From Anaeromyxobacteraceae bacterium (GTDB taxonomy: Bacteria; Myxococcota; Myxococcia; Myxococcales; Anaeromyxobacteraceae): a stretch of 64,000 nucleotides of DNA. Positions 39,322 through 48,774 of this stretch are shown here, in pieces (the stretch's first letter is position 1; each line of letters begins with the position of its first letter). The notes beneath the pieces are model-generated. The model worked only from the letters and a program-made list of their open reading frames with translations, made no database searches and was not told the origin of the DNA. The position numbers and the translations under genes were made by a program. Location: contig JASGHJ010000001.1 in assembly GCA_047602405.1 (NCBI GenBank), positions 1,760,001-1,824,000 of the forward strand, written 5' to 3'.

Positions 39322-40107
39322 ATGAGCGCCACCGACACCGCGCCCGCACCGAAGATCAAGATGGAGGCGAGGAAGCTCGACATCGCCTACGGCCCGAAGC
39401 TCGCCGTGAAGCAGGTGAGCCTCGAGCTGCCCGAGCACCAGGTCACCGCCCTCATCGGCCCGTCCGGCTGCGGGAAGTCCACCTTCCTGCGCTGCCTCAA
39501 CCGGATGAACGACCTCATCCCCGGCGCGAAGGTGACCGGCGAGATCCTCCTCGACGGACGGAGCATCTACGCGAGCCACCTCGACGCGGTGGAGCTGCGC
39601 CGCCGGGTGGGCATGGTGTTCCAGAAGTCGAACCCCTTCCCGAAGTCGATCTTCGAGAACGTCGCCTACGGCCTGAGGGTCTCCGGGGCGCTCCGGGACC
39701 GGGTCGAGATCGCCGACCGGGTGGAGCGGTCGCTCAGGAACGCGGCGCTCTGGGACGAGGTGAAGGACCGCCTCGGCGAGAGCGCGCTCGGCCTCTCGGG
39801 CGGCCAGCAGCAGCGGCTCTGCATCGCCCGCGCGCTCGCCATCGAGCCGGAGGTGCTGCTCATGGACGAGCCGGCCTCGGCGCTCGATCCGATCGCGACC
39901 GCCAAGATCGAGGACCTCATCCACGAGCTCAAGGCGAGCTACACGATCGCGATCGTGACCCACAACATGCAGCAGGCCGCCCGGGTCTCCGACCAGACCG
40001 CCTTCTTCTACATGGGCGAGCTCGTCGAGGTCGGGCCGACCGAGCAGATCTTCACGAACCCGCGCGAGTCCCGCACCGAGGACTACGTGACGGGCAAGTT
40101 CGGGTAG
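39322..40107 (+). CDS. pstB: Phosphate ABC transporter ATPase PstB
   Basis: [47 protein letters not shown]. Confidence 0.96.
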   Translation: MSATDTAPAPKIKMEARKLDIAYGPKLAVKQVSLELPEHQVTALIGPSGCGKSTFLRCLNRMNDLIPGAKVTGEILLDGRSIYASHLDAVELRRRVGMVFQKSNPFPKSIFENVAYGLRVSGALRDRVEIADRVERSLRNAALWDEVKDRLGESALGLSGGQQQRLCIARALAIEPEVLLMDEPASALDPIATAKIEDLIHELKASYTIAIVTHNMQQAARVSDQTAFFYMGELVEVGPTEQIFTNPRESRTEDYVTGKFG

Positions 40108-40128
40108 CCTCGGGGGACGGGACAGGGC

Positions 40129-40803
40129 ATGGCGACGCACACCGACAAGGCGTACGAGGCGGAGCTCCGGGACCTCCGCGAGAAGCTCCTCGAGATGGGC
40201 GGGCTCGTGGAGGCCGCGCTGTCCTCGGCGGTCCGGGCGATCACCGAGCGGAACGTCGAGCTCGCGGAGAGGGTGAAGGCCCGGGACCGCGAGATCAACC
40301 GGATGGAGGTCGCGGTCGACCAGGCGTGCCGGCGGATCCTGGCGCTCCGCCAGCCGGCCGCCTCCGACCTGCGCTTCATCACGACCGCGCTCAAGATCGT
40401 GGTCGACCTCGAGCGGATGGGCGACCTCGCGGTGAACATCGGCGAGCGCGCCGTGGACCTCGCCCAGGCGCCGCCGCTCGCGCCCCAGCACGAGCTCCAG
40501 AAGCTCGCCGACCTCTCCGAGGCGCAGCTGAAGCGCGCCCTCGACGCGTTCGTGGCGGGCGACGTCTCGAAGGCCGAGGAGGTCATGAAGGGCGACCAGC
40601 TCCTCGACGCCCTCTACCTCAAGATCTTCAACGAGCTCATCCAGCACATGATGGAGGACTCGAAGAACATCCGCCGCGCGACCGCGCTCATGTTCGCGGC
40701 GAAGCACCTCGAGCGCTTCGGCGACCACGCGACCAACCTCGCGGAGATGGTGGTCTACATGGTCCGCGGTACGGACGTGCGGCACCCGAAGAGCCGGGCG
40801 TAG
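40129..40803 (+). CDS. phoU: Phosphate signalling protein PhoU
   Basis: QPAASDLR, DLERMGD, LERFGDHATNLAE. Confidence 0.95.
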   Translation: MATHTDKAYEAELRDLREKLLEMGGLVEAALSSAVRAITERNVELAERVKARDREINRMEVAVDQACRRILALRQPAASDLRFITTALKIVVDLERMGDLAVNIGERAVDLAQAPPLAPQHELQKLADLSEAQLKRALDAFVAGDVSKAEEVMKGDQLLDALYLKIFNELIQHMMEDSKNIRRATALMFAAKHLERFGDHATNLAEMVVYMVRGTDVRHPKSRA

Positions 40804-40812
40804 ACTCCGGCC

Positions 40813-41955
40813 ATGTCCGAAGCCGCCGTGCGTCCGATCGCCGCGGGCGTCGCCCGCCGCCTGTCGTTCCTGGATCGCTACCTCACGCTCTGGATCTTCC
40901 TCGCCATGGGCGCGGGCATCCTGCTCGGCTGGGCGGTGCCGGGCGTCGTCCCCGCGCTCGACCGGCTCTCCGTCGGCACGACCTCGATCCCCATCGCGGT
41001 CGGGCTCATCCTGATGATGTACCCGCCCCTCGCGAAGGTCCGGTACGAGGAGCTGCCCCGGGTCTTCCGGAACGGGAAGGTGCTCGGGCTGTCGCTCGTG
41101 CAGAACTGGGTCGTCGGGCCGGTGCTGATGTTCGCGCTCGCGGTGCTCTTCCTGCGCGACCGGCCGGAGTACATGGTCGGGCTCATCCTGATCGGGCTCG
41201 CCCGCTGCATCGCGATGGTCATCGTGTGGAACGACCTCGCGAGCGGCGACACCGAGTACTGCGCCGGCCTCGTCGCCTTCAACTCCATCTTCCAGGTGCT
41301 GTTCTTCCCGGTGTACGCGTGGCTCTTCATCACCGTGCTGCCGGGCTGGCTGGGGCTCCACGGCGCCGAGGTCCACTTCGGCATCGGCGAGATCGCGCGG
41401 AGCGTCTTCATCTACCTCGGCATCCCGTTCCTCGCCGGCATGGCCTCCCGGTTCGGCCTGCGCGCGCTGAAGGGCGAGGAGTGGTACCGGCGGGTCTTCA
41501 TCCCGCGGGTCTCGCCCATCACGCTCGTCGCGCTCCTCTTCACGATCGTGGTGATGTTCTCGCTCAAGGGCGAGACCATCGTGCAGGTGCCGCTCGACGT
41601 GGTGCGGATCGCGCTCCCGCTCCTCGTCTACTTCCTCCTCATGTTCTTCGTGTCGTTCTTCATGAGCCGGAAGGTCGGCGCGACCTACGGGCAGACCGCG
41701 ACGCTCTCCTTCACCGCGGCGTCCAACAACTTCGAGCTCGCCATCGCGGTCGCGGTCGCGACCTTCGGCATGGCCCACGGCGCGGCGTTCGCGGCCGTCA
41801 TCGGCCCGCTCGTCGAGGTGCCGGTGCTGATCGGCCTCGTGAACGTGGCGCTCCGGCTCCGGGAGCGGTGGTTCCCCGGCGAGACGGGCGAGCTCGCGAG
41901 GGTGGCGAACTGCCCGGTGGCCGTCGAGGGCCCCGCGGCGGGGAGGGCGCCTTGA
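40813..41955 (+). CDS. acr3: Arsenite efflux permease Acr3
   Basis: [53 protein letters not shown]. Confidence 0.95.
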   Translation: MSEAAVRPIAAGVARRLSFLDRYLTLWIFLAMGAGILLGWAVPGVVPALDRLSVGTTSIPIAVGLILMMYPPLAKVRYEELPRVFRNGKVLGLSLVQNWVVGPVLMFALAVLFLRDRPEYMVGLILIGLARCIAMVIVWNDLASGDTEYCAGLVAFNSIFQVLFFPVYAWLFITVLPGWLGLHGAEVHFGIGEIARSVFIYLGIPFLAGMASRFGLRALKGEEWYRRVFIPRVSPITLVALLFTIVVMFSLKGETIVQVPLDVVRIALPLLVYFLLMFFVSFFMSRKVGATYGQTATLSFTAASNNFELAIAVAVATFGMAHGAAFAAVIGPLVEVPVLIGLVNVALRLRERWFPGETGELARVANCPVAVEGPAAGRAP

Positions 41956-42401
41956 GCGAGGCGTGGGTCGAGGAGGCCGCCCGGCTGCGCGCGGCGAGCC
42001 CCCGGCACGTGCTGTTCCTCTGCGTCGCGAACTCGGCCCGCAGCCAGATGGCCGAGGGCATCGCCCGCGCGCTCGCGCCCGCGGGCGTGAAGGTCTCCTC
42101 GGCGGGGTCGCGGCCCTCGAGGCTCAACCCGCTCGCGGTGACGGCGCTCGAGGAGGTCGGGATCGACATCTCCGGGCACCGCTCGAAGGCGGTGGACGAC
42201 ATCCCGCCGGGCGACGTGGACGCCGTGATCACGCTGTGCGCCGAGGAGGTCTGCCCGGTGTGGCTCGGGAAGGCCACGCGGCTGCACTGGGGGCTGCCGG
42301 ACCCGGCGCACGCCGGCAGCACCGAGGCGGAGCGGCTCCAGGCGTTCCGCGAGGTGAGGGACGAGCTCCGCCGCAGGCTCTCGGCGGTCTGGCCGGGCTG
42401 A
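41952..42401 (+). CDS. arsC: Arsenate reductase, LMW-PTP (thioredoxin-coupled) type
   Basis: [16 protein letters not shown] (CX5R), [19 protein letters not shown] start overlapping acr3 stop. Confidence 0.9.
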   Translation: MSEAWVEEAARLRAASPRHVLFLCVANSARSQMAEGIARALAPAGVKVSSAGSRPSRLNPLAVTALEEVGIDISGHRSKAVDDIPPGDVDAVITLCAEEVCPVWLGKATRLHWGLPDPAHAGSTEAERLQAFREVRDELRRRLSAVWPG

Positions 42402-42413
42402 GGCCCGGCGGTC

Positions 42414-43106
42414 TCACCGCGGCCGGCGCACCGGCCACGCCGCGAGGGCGTCCCCCTTCGGGTGCTCGCCGACGGCGCCGGTCGCGGGGTCGATCGTGAT
42501 GGCGGTCGTGGAGCAGGGCTCGAGGCTCGACCACGCCGGCCCGCCGGGCGCCGCCAGGAACGCCGCGCCGGAGCCGACGAGCGCGAGGAGCTCCTGCTCG
42601 GACGGGAAGCCCCAGTCGCCGGGGCCGGAGCCGTCGGAGAGCCCGCACGCACCCGCGCCGAGCCGGGCCATCCAGTCCCGCGCGGCGAGGAACCCGACGT
42701 AGCCGCCGGGGCGCTCGACACCGCCGAGCGGCTCGGCGCACGCCGGGCTGCGCAGCCAGCGGAGCCCCGTGGCCACGTCCCGGAGCGTGCCGTCCCCGGC
42801 GTCGACGAGCGTCGCGGTCGCCGGCGGGGGCGGGGTGCCGGACACGCAGGCGCCGGCGCTCCAGCCGTACCCGGCGGCGCAGCCGAACGAGCACGGCTGC
42901 GCGGCGCAGGAGATGGTCAGGTACCGCGGCGTCTCCACCGCGGGGGGCCAGGCCTCGCTGCCGGGGCAGGGGACGGCGTGGTCGGGCGCGGCGCCGGTGC
43001 ACGCCGCGGTGACGGGGGGCGGCTCCTCCTGGCGGCGCACGGGCTCGGAGCGGTCCCAGCAGGCCGCGATCGCGAGGACCGGGAGGAGGAGGAGCGCGCG
43101 CTTCAC
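42414..43106 (-). CDS. Lipoprotein with DUF1566 (Lcl-like) C-terminal domain
   Basis: Lipobox IAAC; DGTLRDVATGLRW, DWGFPSEQELLAL, WPVR. Confidence 0.7.
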   Translation of the reverse strand: MKRALLLLPVLAIAACWDRSEPVRRQEEPPPVTAACTGAAPDHAVPCPGSEAWPPAVETPRYLTISCAAQPCSFGCAAGYGWSAGACVSGTPPPPATATLVDAGDGTLRDVATGLRWLRSPACAEPLGGVERPGGYVGFLAARDWMARLGAGACGLSDGSGPGDWGFPSEQELLALVGSGAAFLAAPGGPAWSSLEPCSTTAITIDPATGAVGEHPKGDALAAWPVRRPR

Positions 43107-43178
43107 GCCCGGAGGATCCCACGGTCGCGAGGGCCCGGGAACGCGGCAAACCGCCCCGGGACCGGCCGTCGCGGTGGC

Positions 43179-43799
43179 TCAGCCGTTCACGAGCAGCCGC
43201 GAGACGAGCCCGCTCACCGTGCCGATGAGCATCCCCGCCGCGACGTCGAGCGGGTAGTGCGCGCCGAGGTAGACGCGCGAGAGGCCGATGGCCGTCGCGA
43301 GCAGGAGCGCCGCGGGCCCCAGGCCGTGCGGCTCGCTCGCCCAGGCGATGGCCACCGAGAACGCCGCCGCGGTGTGGCCCGACGGGAAGGAGAAGCGGTC
43401 CGGGTTCGAGGCGAGCGCCTCGAAGCCCACGATGGAGGCGTCCGGCCGGGCGCGGGTGAGGCTGCGCTTCAGCACCTGCACGAACCCGGTCGCGAGCAGC
43501 GTCGCCGCCCCGAGCCTCAGGCCGAGGTGGACGCCGGTCGTCGTGCGGGTGGCGAGCAGGGCGACACCGACGAACGTCCACGTCTTCGCGTCGCCCGCGT
43601 GCGTCAGGGTCCGCGCGAGCGCGGTGCGCCAGGGCCGGTGGAACCTGCGAAAGGCGAGGAGCAGGGCCTCGTCGAACGAGAGGATGCGAGCGAAGCGCCC
43701 CTGGCGCACCGCCACCGTCCCGCTCGCCGGGTCGACGGTGATCGACGCACCGCTGGCGTCGAGCTCGATCGTCGTCACGTTGTCCGGTCCCTGGCTCAT
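43179..43799 (-). CDS. PAP2-family phosphatase
   Basis: KRSLTRARP, SFPSGH, SRVYLGAHYPLDV. Confidence 0.9.
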   Translation of the reverse strand: MSQGPDNVTTIELDASGASITVDPASGTVAVRQGRFARILSFDEALLLAFRRFHRPWRTALARTLTHAGDAKTWTFVGVALLATRTTTGVHLGLRLGAATLLATGFVQVLKRSLTRARPDASIVGFEALASNPDRFSFPSGHTAAAFSVAIAWASEPHGLGPAALLLATAIGLSRVYLGAHYPLDVAAGMLIGTVSGLVSRLLVNG

Positions 43800-43889
43800 C
43801 GGAGGAGAGCATGCCGGCGCGAGGTGACGCGCGCCCGGCTCGCATGCAACGATCAGGTGACGACCGCGGCGCCCTCCCGCAAGCCGTCC

Positions 43890-43954
43890 TCACGGGGGTG
43901 CTCGGCGCACCCCCGCCCCGTGGAGGCGGCTCCACGGGGCCCCACCCCCGGCAG
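43890..43954 (-). repeat. Palindromic repeat family B, copy 2
   Basis: Reverse complement CTGCCGGGGGTGGGGCCCCGTGGAG..CTCCACGGGGCGGGGGTGCGCCGAGCACCCCCGTGA. Confidence 0.8.
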
Positions 43955-43964
43955 CTGGCCTACC

Positions 43965-45704
43965 TCACGGCCGGGCGGCCGGGGCCCCGCCGGCCGCCGC
44001 CTCGAGCGGCCCGGGGTCCACGAGCCCCTTCACGTCCCCGGCGGGCGCGAAGCCGAGGGCCTGGGCCTGGCGCGCCAGCTCGGTGAACCGCTCGGGCATC
44101 GGCGCCTCGAGCGGGTCGAGGCGCGAGAACGCATCGGCCGCGACGGCCTCCGCGAGCGGCTTCCCGGTGCGCCGCCCGTAGCCCGCGTTCGCGGCGCGGG
44201 CGAACGCGGCGGGGTCCTCCCGCCACCGCCGGGTGAGCGCGACGTGCGCGCCGAGGAAGGCCTCCACCTCGGCGCGCCGGCGCTCGAGGGCGCGCGTCGA
44301 GACCACGACCACGGCGGTCGGGAACCGCCCCTCGGGCCAGAGGGTGCGCTCGTCCACGAGGATCCGCCCGCCCGCCTCGGCGAGGAGCCTGGCCGCCCAC
44401 GGCTCCGGCACCCACGCTCCCCCGAGGTCCCCCCGGGCGAAGAGCCCCAGCGCGTCGGAGTTCGCGATGGGCGTCACCTCGACCGCGCCGGCGCCGCGCC
44501 CCACCGTCAGCCCGCGTGCGCCGAGCCAGGTGCGGAGGGCGACGTCCTGGGTGTTGCCGAGCTGGGGCGTCGCGACGCGGCGACCGCGGAGGTCCTCCGG
44601 CGCCTTCACGTCGGACCGGACCACGAGCGAGGCGCCGCCCGAGGCCGCGCCCGCGACGACGCGCAGCGCCTCCCCGCGCGAGCGGAGGTGCGCGACGATC
44701 GCCGGGCCCGGCCCCACGTAGGCCACGTCGAGCTCGCCCGCGAGCAGGGCCTCCATCTCGGCGGGCCCGGCGTTGAACATCTTGACCTCGAGCCCCGCAG
44801 GCAGCGCGCGCGAGAAGGTGCCGTCGTCGAGGCCGACGAGCGCCTGCGCGTGCGTCACGTTCGGGAAGTGCCCGACGCGCAGCGGCCCGCCCTCACGCCC
44901 GCGGTGACAGCCCGCCCCGGCGAGCGCGCCGACGGCGAGGAGGACGGCCGTCGCCTGCGCGAGCCCGTACCGGCGCCGCAGCCGGAGCTCCGCGATGCGG
45001 AACACGCCGCGGTCGATCACCACCCCCACGACGACGATCGCGACCATAACCGCCATCACGAGCGCGGGGTCGAGCAGCTCCCGGCCGGTCTGGAGGAGCT
45101 GCCCGAGGCCGCCCGCCACGAAGAGGAGCTCCCCGGCCATGAGCGCGCGCCAGGCGAAGCTCCAGCCGAGCTTCAGGCCCGTGAGCGTGCCGGGCAGCGC
45201 CGCGGGCAGGAGCACCCCGAGGTGGAAGCGCGCGCCCCGGATCCCGAGGGAGGCGGCCGCCTGGAGCAGCACCGGGCTCACGCCGAGGACCGCGTCCTCG
45301 GTCGCGATCGCGATGGCGAGCAGCGAGCCCATGAGCACGACGAAGACGATGGCCACCTCCGAGAGCCCGAACCAGAGGATCGCGAGCGGCAGCCAGCAGA
45401 TCGACGGCAGGGCCTGGAGCCCGACCACGAACGGGCGCAGCGCGGCCCGCACCAGCCTGCTCCGCGCGAGGATCACCCCGAGGGGCACGCCCAGCAGCGC
45501 CGAGAGGCCGTAGCCCTGGGCGAGCCGCAGGGACGACCGGCGCAGCGCCTCCGCGAGCCGGCCGTCCGAGGCGAGCTCGCCGATCCGCTCGCCGACGGCG
45601 AGCGGGCCCGGGAAGAGCCAGCGCGGCCAGGGGCCGAACCTAGAGAGGAGCTCCCAGGCGAGCAACATCGCCAGGGTCGCGAGCAGCGTCCGCCACCGGG
45701 CCAT
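43965..45704 (-). CDS. Fused SsuC-type permease + SsuA-type substrate-binding protein (sulfonate/nitrate ABC)
   Basis: LQALPSICWLP..WFG, WSFAWRALMAGE; then GHFPNVTHAQAL, FNAGP, YVGPGP, TPQLGNTQD, WVPEPW. Confidence 0.85.
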   Translation of the reverse strand: MARWRTLLATLAMLLAWELLSRFGPWPRWLFPGPLAVGERIGELASDGRLAEALRRSSLRLAQGYGLSALLGVPLGVILARSRLVRAALRPFVVGLQALPSICWLPLAILWFGLSEVAIVFVVLMGSLLAIAIATEDAVLGVSPVLLQAAASLGIRGARFHLGVLLPAALPGTLTGLKLGWSFAWRALMAGELLFVAGGLGQLLQTGRELLDPALVMAVMVAIVVVGVVIDRGVFRIAELRLRRRYGLAQATAVLLAVGALAGAGCHRGREGGPLRVGHFPNVTHAQALVGLDDGTFSRALPAGLEVKMFNAGPAEMEALLAGELDVAYVGPGPAIVAHLRSRGEALRVVAGAASGGASLVVRSDVKAPEDLRGRRVATPQLGNTQDVALRTWLGARGLTVGRGAGAVEVTPIANSDALGLFARGDLGGAWVPEPWAARLLAEAGGRILVDERTLWPEGRFPTAVVVVSTRALERRRAEVEAFLGAHVALTRRWREDPAAFARAANAGYGRRTGKPLAEAVAADAFSRLDPLEAPMPERFTELARQAQALGFAPAGDVKGLVDPGPLEAAAGGAPAARP

Positions 45705-46593
45705 CGGAGACCTCTCCTCCCGCTGCGCCTTCCGGCTCGCCCCGGTCCGCCTGGCGGAGCGCCTCGCGGATCCGCCGCGAGAGCTCGACGACCGCCTCGT
45801 CGTCCGGGTCGCGCGGGCGAGGGAGGTTCACGTCGAGATCGAAGAGGACGCGCCCGGGGCGCGCGGCCATCACCACCACCCGGTCGCCCAGCACGAGCGC
45901 CTCGCGCACGTCGTGCGTGACGAAGACGACGGTCTTCCGGTCGCGCCGCCAGATCTCCTGCAGGAGCTCCTGCATCTCGCCGCGGGTCTGCGCGTCGAGC
46001 GCGGCGAAGGGCTCGTCCATGAGCAGCACCGCGGGGTCGACCGCGAGCGCGCGCGCGAGCTGGACCCGCTGGCGCATGCCGCCCGAGAGCTCGTGCGGCA
46101 GCGCGCCCTCGAAGCCCGCGAGCTGGACGCGGGAGAGGAAGGTGCGGGCGCGCGCGAGCGCCTCGCCGCGCGGCACGCCGAGCGCGCGCAGCGGCTGGAG
46201 CAGGTTCTGGCGGACCGTGAGCCAGGGGAAGAGCGCCGGCTCCTGGAACACGAGGAGCCGCTCCGGCCCCGGGCCCTCGACGTTCACGCCGTCGATGGAG
46301 ATCCGGCCGCCGCTCGGCGTGAGGTGGCCCGCGAGCGCGTAGAGGAGCGTGGTCTTGCCGCAGCCGGACGGCCCGAGCAGGCACACGAACTCGCCGGCGT
46401 GGACCTCGATGTTCACGTCGCGCAGGGCCACGGTGCGCGCGAAGGCGTGGCCGACGGCGCGCACGTCGATCTTCGGCCGCCCCGTGCGGCGGCGCCGCGG
46501 CACGAGCAGGCCGTGCACGCGCCGGCCGTGCTCGGGTCCCTGGAGGAACGCGCGGAGGGCCCGGCGGAGCCGGACGAGGAAGGCCTGCCACAT
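45640..46593 (-). CDS. Nitrate/sulfonate ABC transporter ATPase
   Basis: GPSGCGKTT, VFQEPALFPW, LSGGMRQR, LLMDEPF, VTHD. Confidence 0.92.
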   Translation of the reverse strand: MWQAFLVRLRRALRAFLQGPEHGRRVHGLLVPRRRRTGRPKIDVRAVGHAFARTVALRDVNIEVHAGEFVCLLGPSGCGKTTLLYALAGHLTPSGGRISIDGVNVEGPGPERLLVFQEPALFPWLTVRQNLLQPLRALGVPRGEALARARTFLSRVQLAGFEGALPHELSGGMRQRVQLARALAVDPAVLLMDEPFAALDAQTRGEMQELLQEIWRRDRKTVVFVTHDVREALVLGDRVVVMAARPGRVLFDLDVNLPRPRDPDDEAVVELSRRIREALRQADRGEPEGAAGGEVSDGPVADAARDPGDVARLGAPL

Positions 46594-46644
46594 GCGGGCG
46601 CAAAGGTGGGGCCGCGGGAGCGCGGCGGCTCGCCTGCCTGGCCG

Positions 46645-47589
46645 CTACGGCCGGTGGTGCAGGAGCCGGCAGGCCACGCCGCCGATGCGGACCTCGAGCG
46701 CGCGCTCCGGCCGCCGGGGGAGCAGGCGCTCGAGCCCCCGATCGGCGCCGAGCACGACGAGATCCCAGCCGCCGAGCCGCGGCAGGAGCGCCGCGAGGGC
46801 CCGCCAGCCGTCGGCCGCGCCCTCGTCGAGGCGCAGCCCCCACGGAGGGTTCACGGCGCACAGGCCGGGCCCGCCGGGCGGCGGCACGACGGTGGCGGCG
46901 TCCGCGCGCGAGAAGGTGAGCTCCCGCGCGACCCCGGCGGCCTCGGCGTTCTTCATCGCGAGCCGGAGCGCGCCGGCGTTCCGGTCGGAGGCCGCGAGCA
47001 CCCCCACCGGGCGCCGGGTCCCGCCGGCGCGGAGCCGCGCGCGCACGTCGGCGGTGCGCGCGGCGTCGTGACCGGGCCAGCGCTCGAAGGCGAACTCCCG
47101 GTCGACGCCCGGGGCGATGCCGCAGGCGGCGAGCGCGGCCTCGATCGCGAGCGTGCCCGAACCACACATCGGGTCGAGGAACGGGCGCGTCCCGTCCCAG
47201 CCCGCCCAGCGCAGGATCGCGGCGGCCACGGTCTCGCGCAGCGGGGCCGCCCCGACGCGCGCGCGCCAGCCGCGCTTGTACAGCGGCGCGCCGGCCGCGT
47301 CGGCGGAGACGGTGGCCGGGGAGCCGGGCCGGACCTGGAGCTCCACGCCGGGGAGCCGGGCCGCGGCCTCGCGCTTCGCCCGCGGGAGCTCGCCCGCCGG
47401 CCCCTCCCAGAGCCGCAGCAGCACCGACTCGGCGGTCCGCGCCCCGAGGCACGCGACCGCCACCGCGTCCTCGCCCTCCGCCTCGGCGCCGCCGTCGACC
47501 GGCCGGGCGGCGAGCCCGAGCGCGCGGAGCTCGTCGGCGACGACGGGCTCGAGCCCGGGCATGGCCGCGCAGAAGATCCGTTCCTTCAC
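46645..47589 (-). CDS. Short RlmL-like class I SAM RNA methyltransferase (reduced THUMP region)
   Basis: PGLEPVVADEL, LYKRGWR, APLRETVAAA, DPMCGSGT, NPPWGLR. Confidence 0.82.
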   Translation of the reverse strand: MKERIFCAAMPGLEPVVADELRALGLAARPVDGGAEAEGEDAVAVACLGARTAESVLLRLWEGPAGELPRAKREAAARLPGVELQVRPGSPATVSADAAGAPLYKRGWRARVGAAPLRETVAAAILRWAGWDGTRPFLDPMCGSGTLAIEAALAACGIAPGVDREFAFERWPGHDAARTADVRARLRAGGTRRPVGVLAASDRNAGALRLAMKNAEAAGVARELTFSRADAATVVPPPGGPGLCAVNPPWGLRLDEGAADGWRALAALLPRLGGWDLVVLGADRGLERLLPRRPERALEVRIGGVACRLLHHRP

Positions 47590-47643
47590 GGCATCCTCGG
47601 AGAATCCCACTCCACCGCTCGCTTCCCGTATCCTGTCGTCCGC

Positions 47644-48774
47644 ATGCAGATCGGCTTCGAGGCGAAGCGCATCTTCCACAACACGACCGGGCTCGGGAAC
47701 TACGCGCGCGACGTCGTGCGCGTCCTCGCGCGGTACGCACCGCAGCACCGATACCACGCCTACACGCCGCGCGCCGGCCGGCTGCACGCGGACCTCCAGG
47801 GGCTCCCGATCGACGTGCACGTCCCCACGGGCCCGCTCGGCCGGGCGCTGCCCGCGCTCTGGCGCACCCGCGGGGTCGTCGCCGACCTCGTCAGGGACGG
47901 CATCGACGTCTACCACGGCCTCTCGTTCGAGCTGCCGGTGGGGATCGAGCGCACGCGGATCGCGAAGGTGGTGACGGTCCCGGACCTCATCTTCGAGCAG
48001 AAGCCCGAGCTCTACGGCCGCATCGACCGGAGGATTTACCGGGCGAAGACGCAGAGCGCCTGCCGCCGGGCCGACCTCGTCGTGAGCATCTCGGCCGAGT
48101 CGGCCGGGTACATCACCGCGCTCTACGGCGTGCCCCGCGAGAAGATCCGGGTGGTCTTCCCCACCATCAACCGCGTGTTCCGCGCGCCGGTGCCGGACGC
48201 GCAGCTCCGCGAGGTGGCGGCCCGCCTCGGCACGCCGGCCCGGTTCATCGTGGCGGTCGGCACGATCGAGAAGCGGAAGAACCTCGCGGTCGCGGTGGAG
48301 GCCCTCGCCGGCCTCGACCCGGACGTGCACCTCCTCGCGGTGGGGCGACCCACGCCGTACGTGGACGAGCTGCGCGCCGTCGCCCGCCGCTCGGGCGTCG
48401 AGGCGCGCGTGCGGTTCCTGCACGGCCTGCCGACGCCGGACATGCTGGCGCTCCTCCACCTCGCGAAGGTGGCCGTCTACCCGTCGAAGCTCGAGGGCTT
48501 CGGGCTGCCGATCCTCGAGGCGCTCGCGGCGGGCACGCCGATGGTGACGACCCGGGGCGGGTGCTTCGAGGAGGCGGGCGGGGACGCCGCCGCGTACTCG
48601 GACCCGGACGATCCCGCCTCGGTGCGCGCCGCGCTCGCGGCCGTGCTCGGCGACGAGGGCCGCCGGCAGGCGATGATCGCGCGCGGGCACGCACACGCGG
48701 CGCGGTTCGAGGACGACGAGATCGCGCGGCAGCTGCTCGCCGTCTACGACGAGGCGCTGCGCCTGCGCCGGTAG
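47644..48774 (+). CDS. Glycosyltransferase family 4 (GT-B)
   Basis: TGLGNY, VGTIEKRKN, YPSKLEGFGLPILEA. Confidence 0.92.
   Translation: MQIGFEAKRIFHNTTGLGNYARDVVRVLARYAPQHRYHAYTPRAGRLHADLQGLPIDVHVPTGPLGRALPALWRTRGVVADLVRDGIDVYHGLSFELPVGIERTRIAKVVTVPDLIFEQKPELYGRIDRRIYRAKTQSACRRADLVVSISAESAGYITALYGVPREKIRVVFPTINRVFRAPVPDAQLREVAARLGTPARFIVAVGTIEKRKNLAVAVEALAGLDPDVHLLAVGRPTPYVDELRAVARRSGVEARVRFLHGLPTPDMLALLHLAKVAVYPSKLEGFGLPILEALAAGTPMVTTRGGCFEEAGGDAAAYSDPDDPASVRAALAAVLGDEGRRQAMIARGHAHAARFEDDEIARQLLAVYDEALRLRR

Noticed and set aside
45640..45704. 65-bp overlap of ABC ATPase tail with permease start (also 31-bp convergent overlap at 48744-48774)
   Set aside because: Probably simple stop-codon drift in GC-rich DNA; no functional evidence
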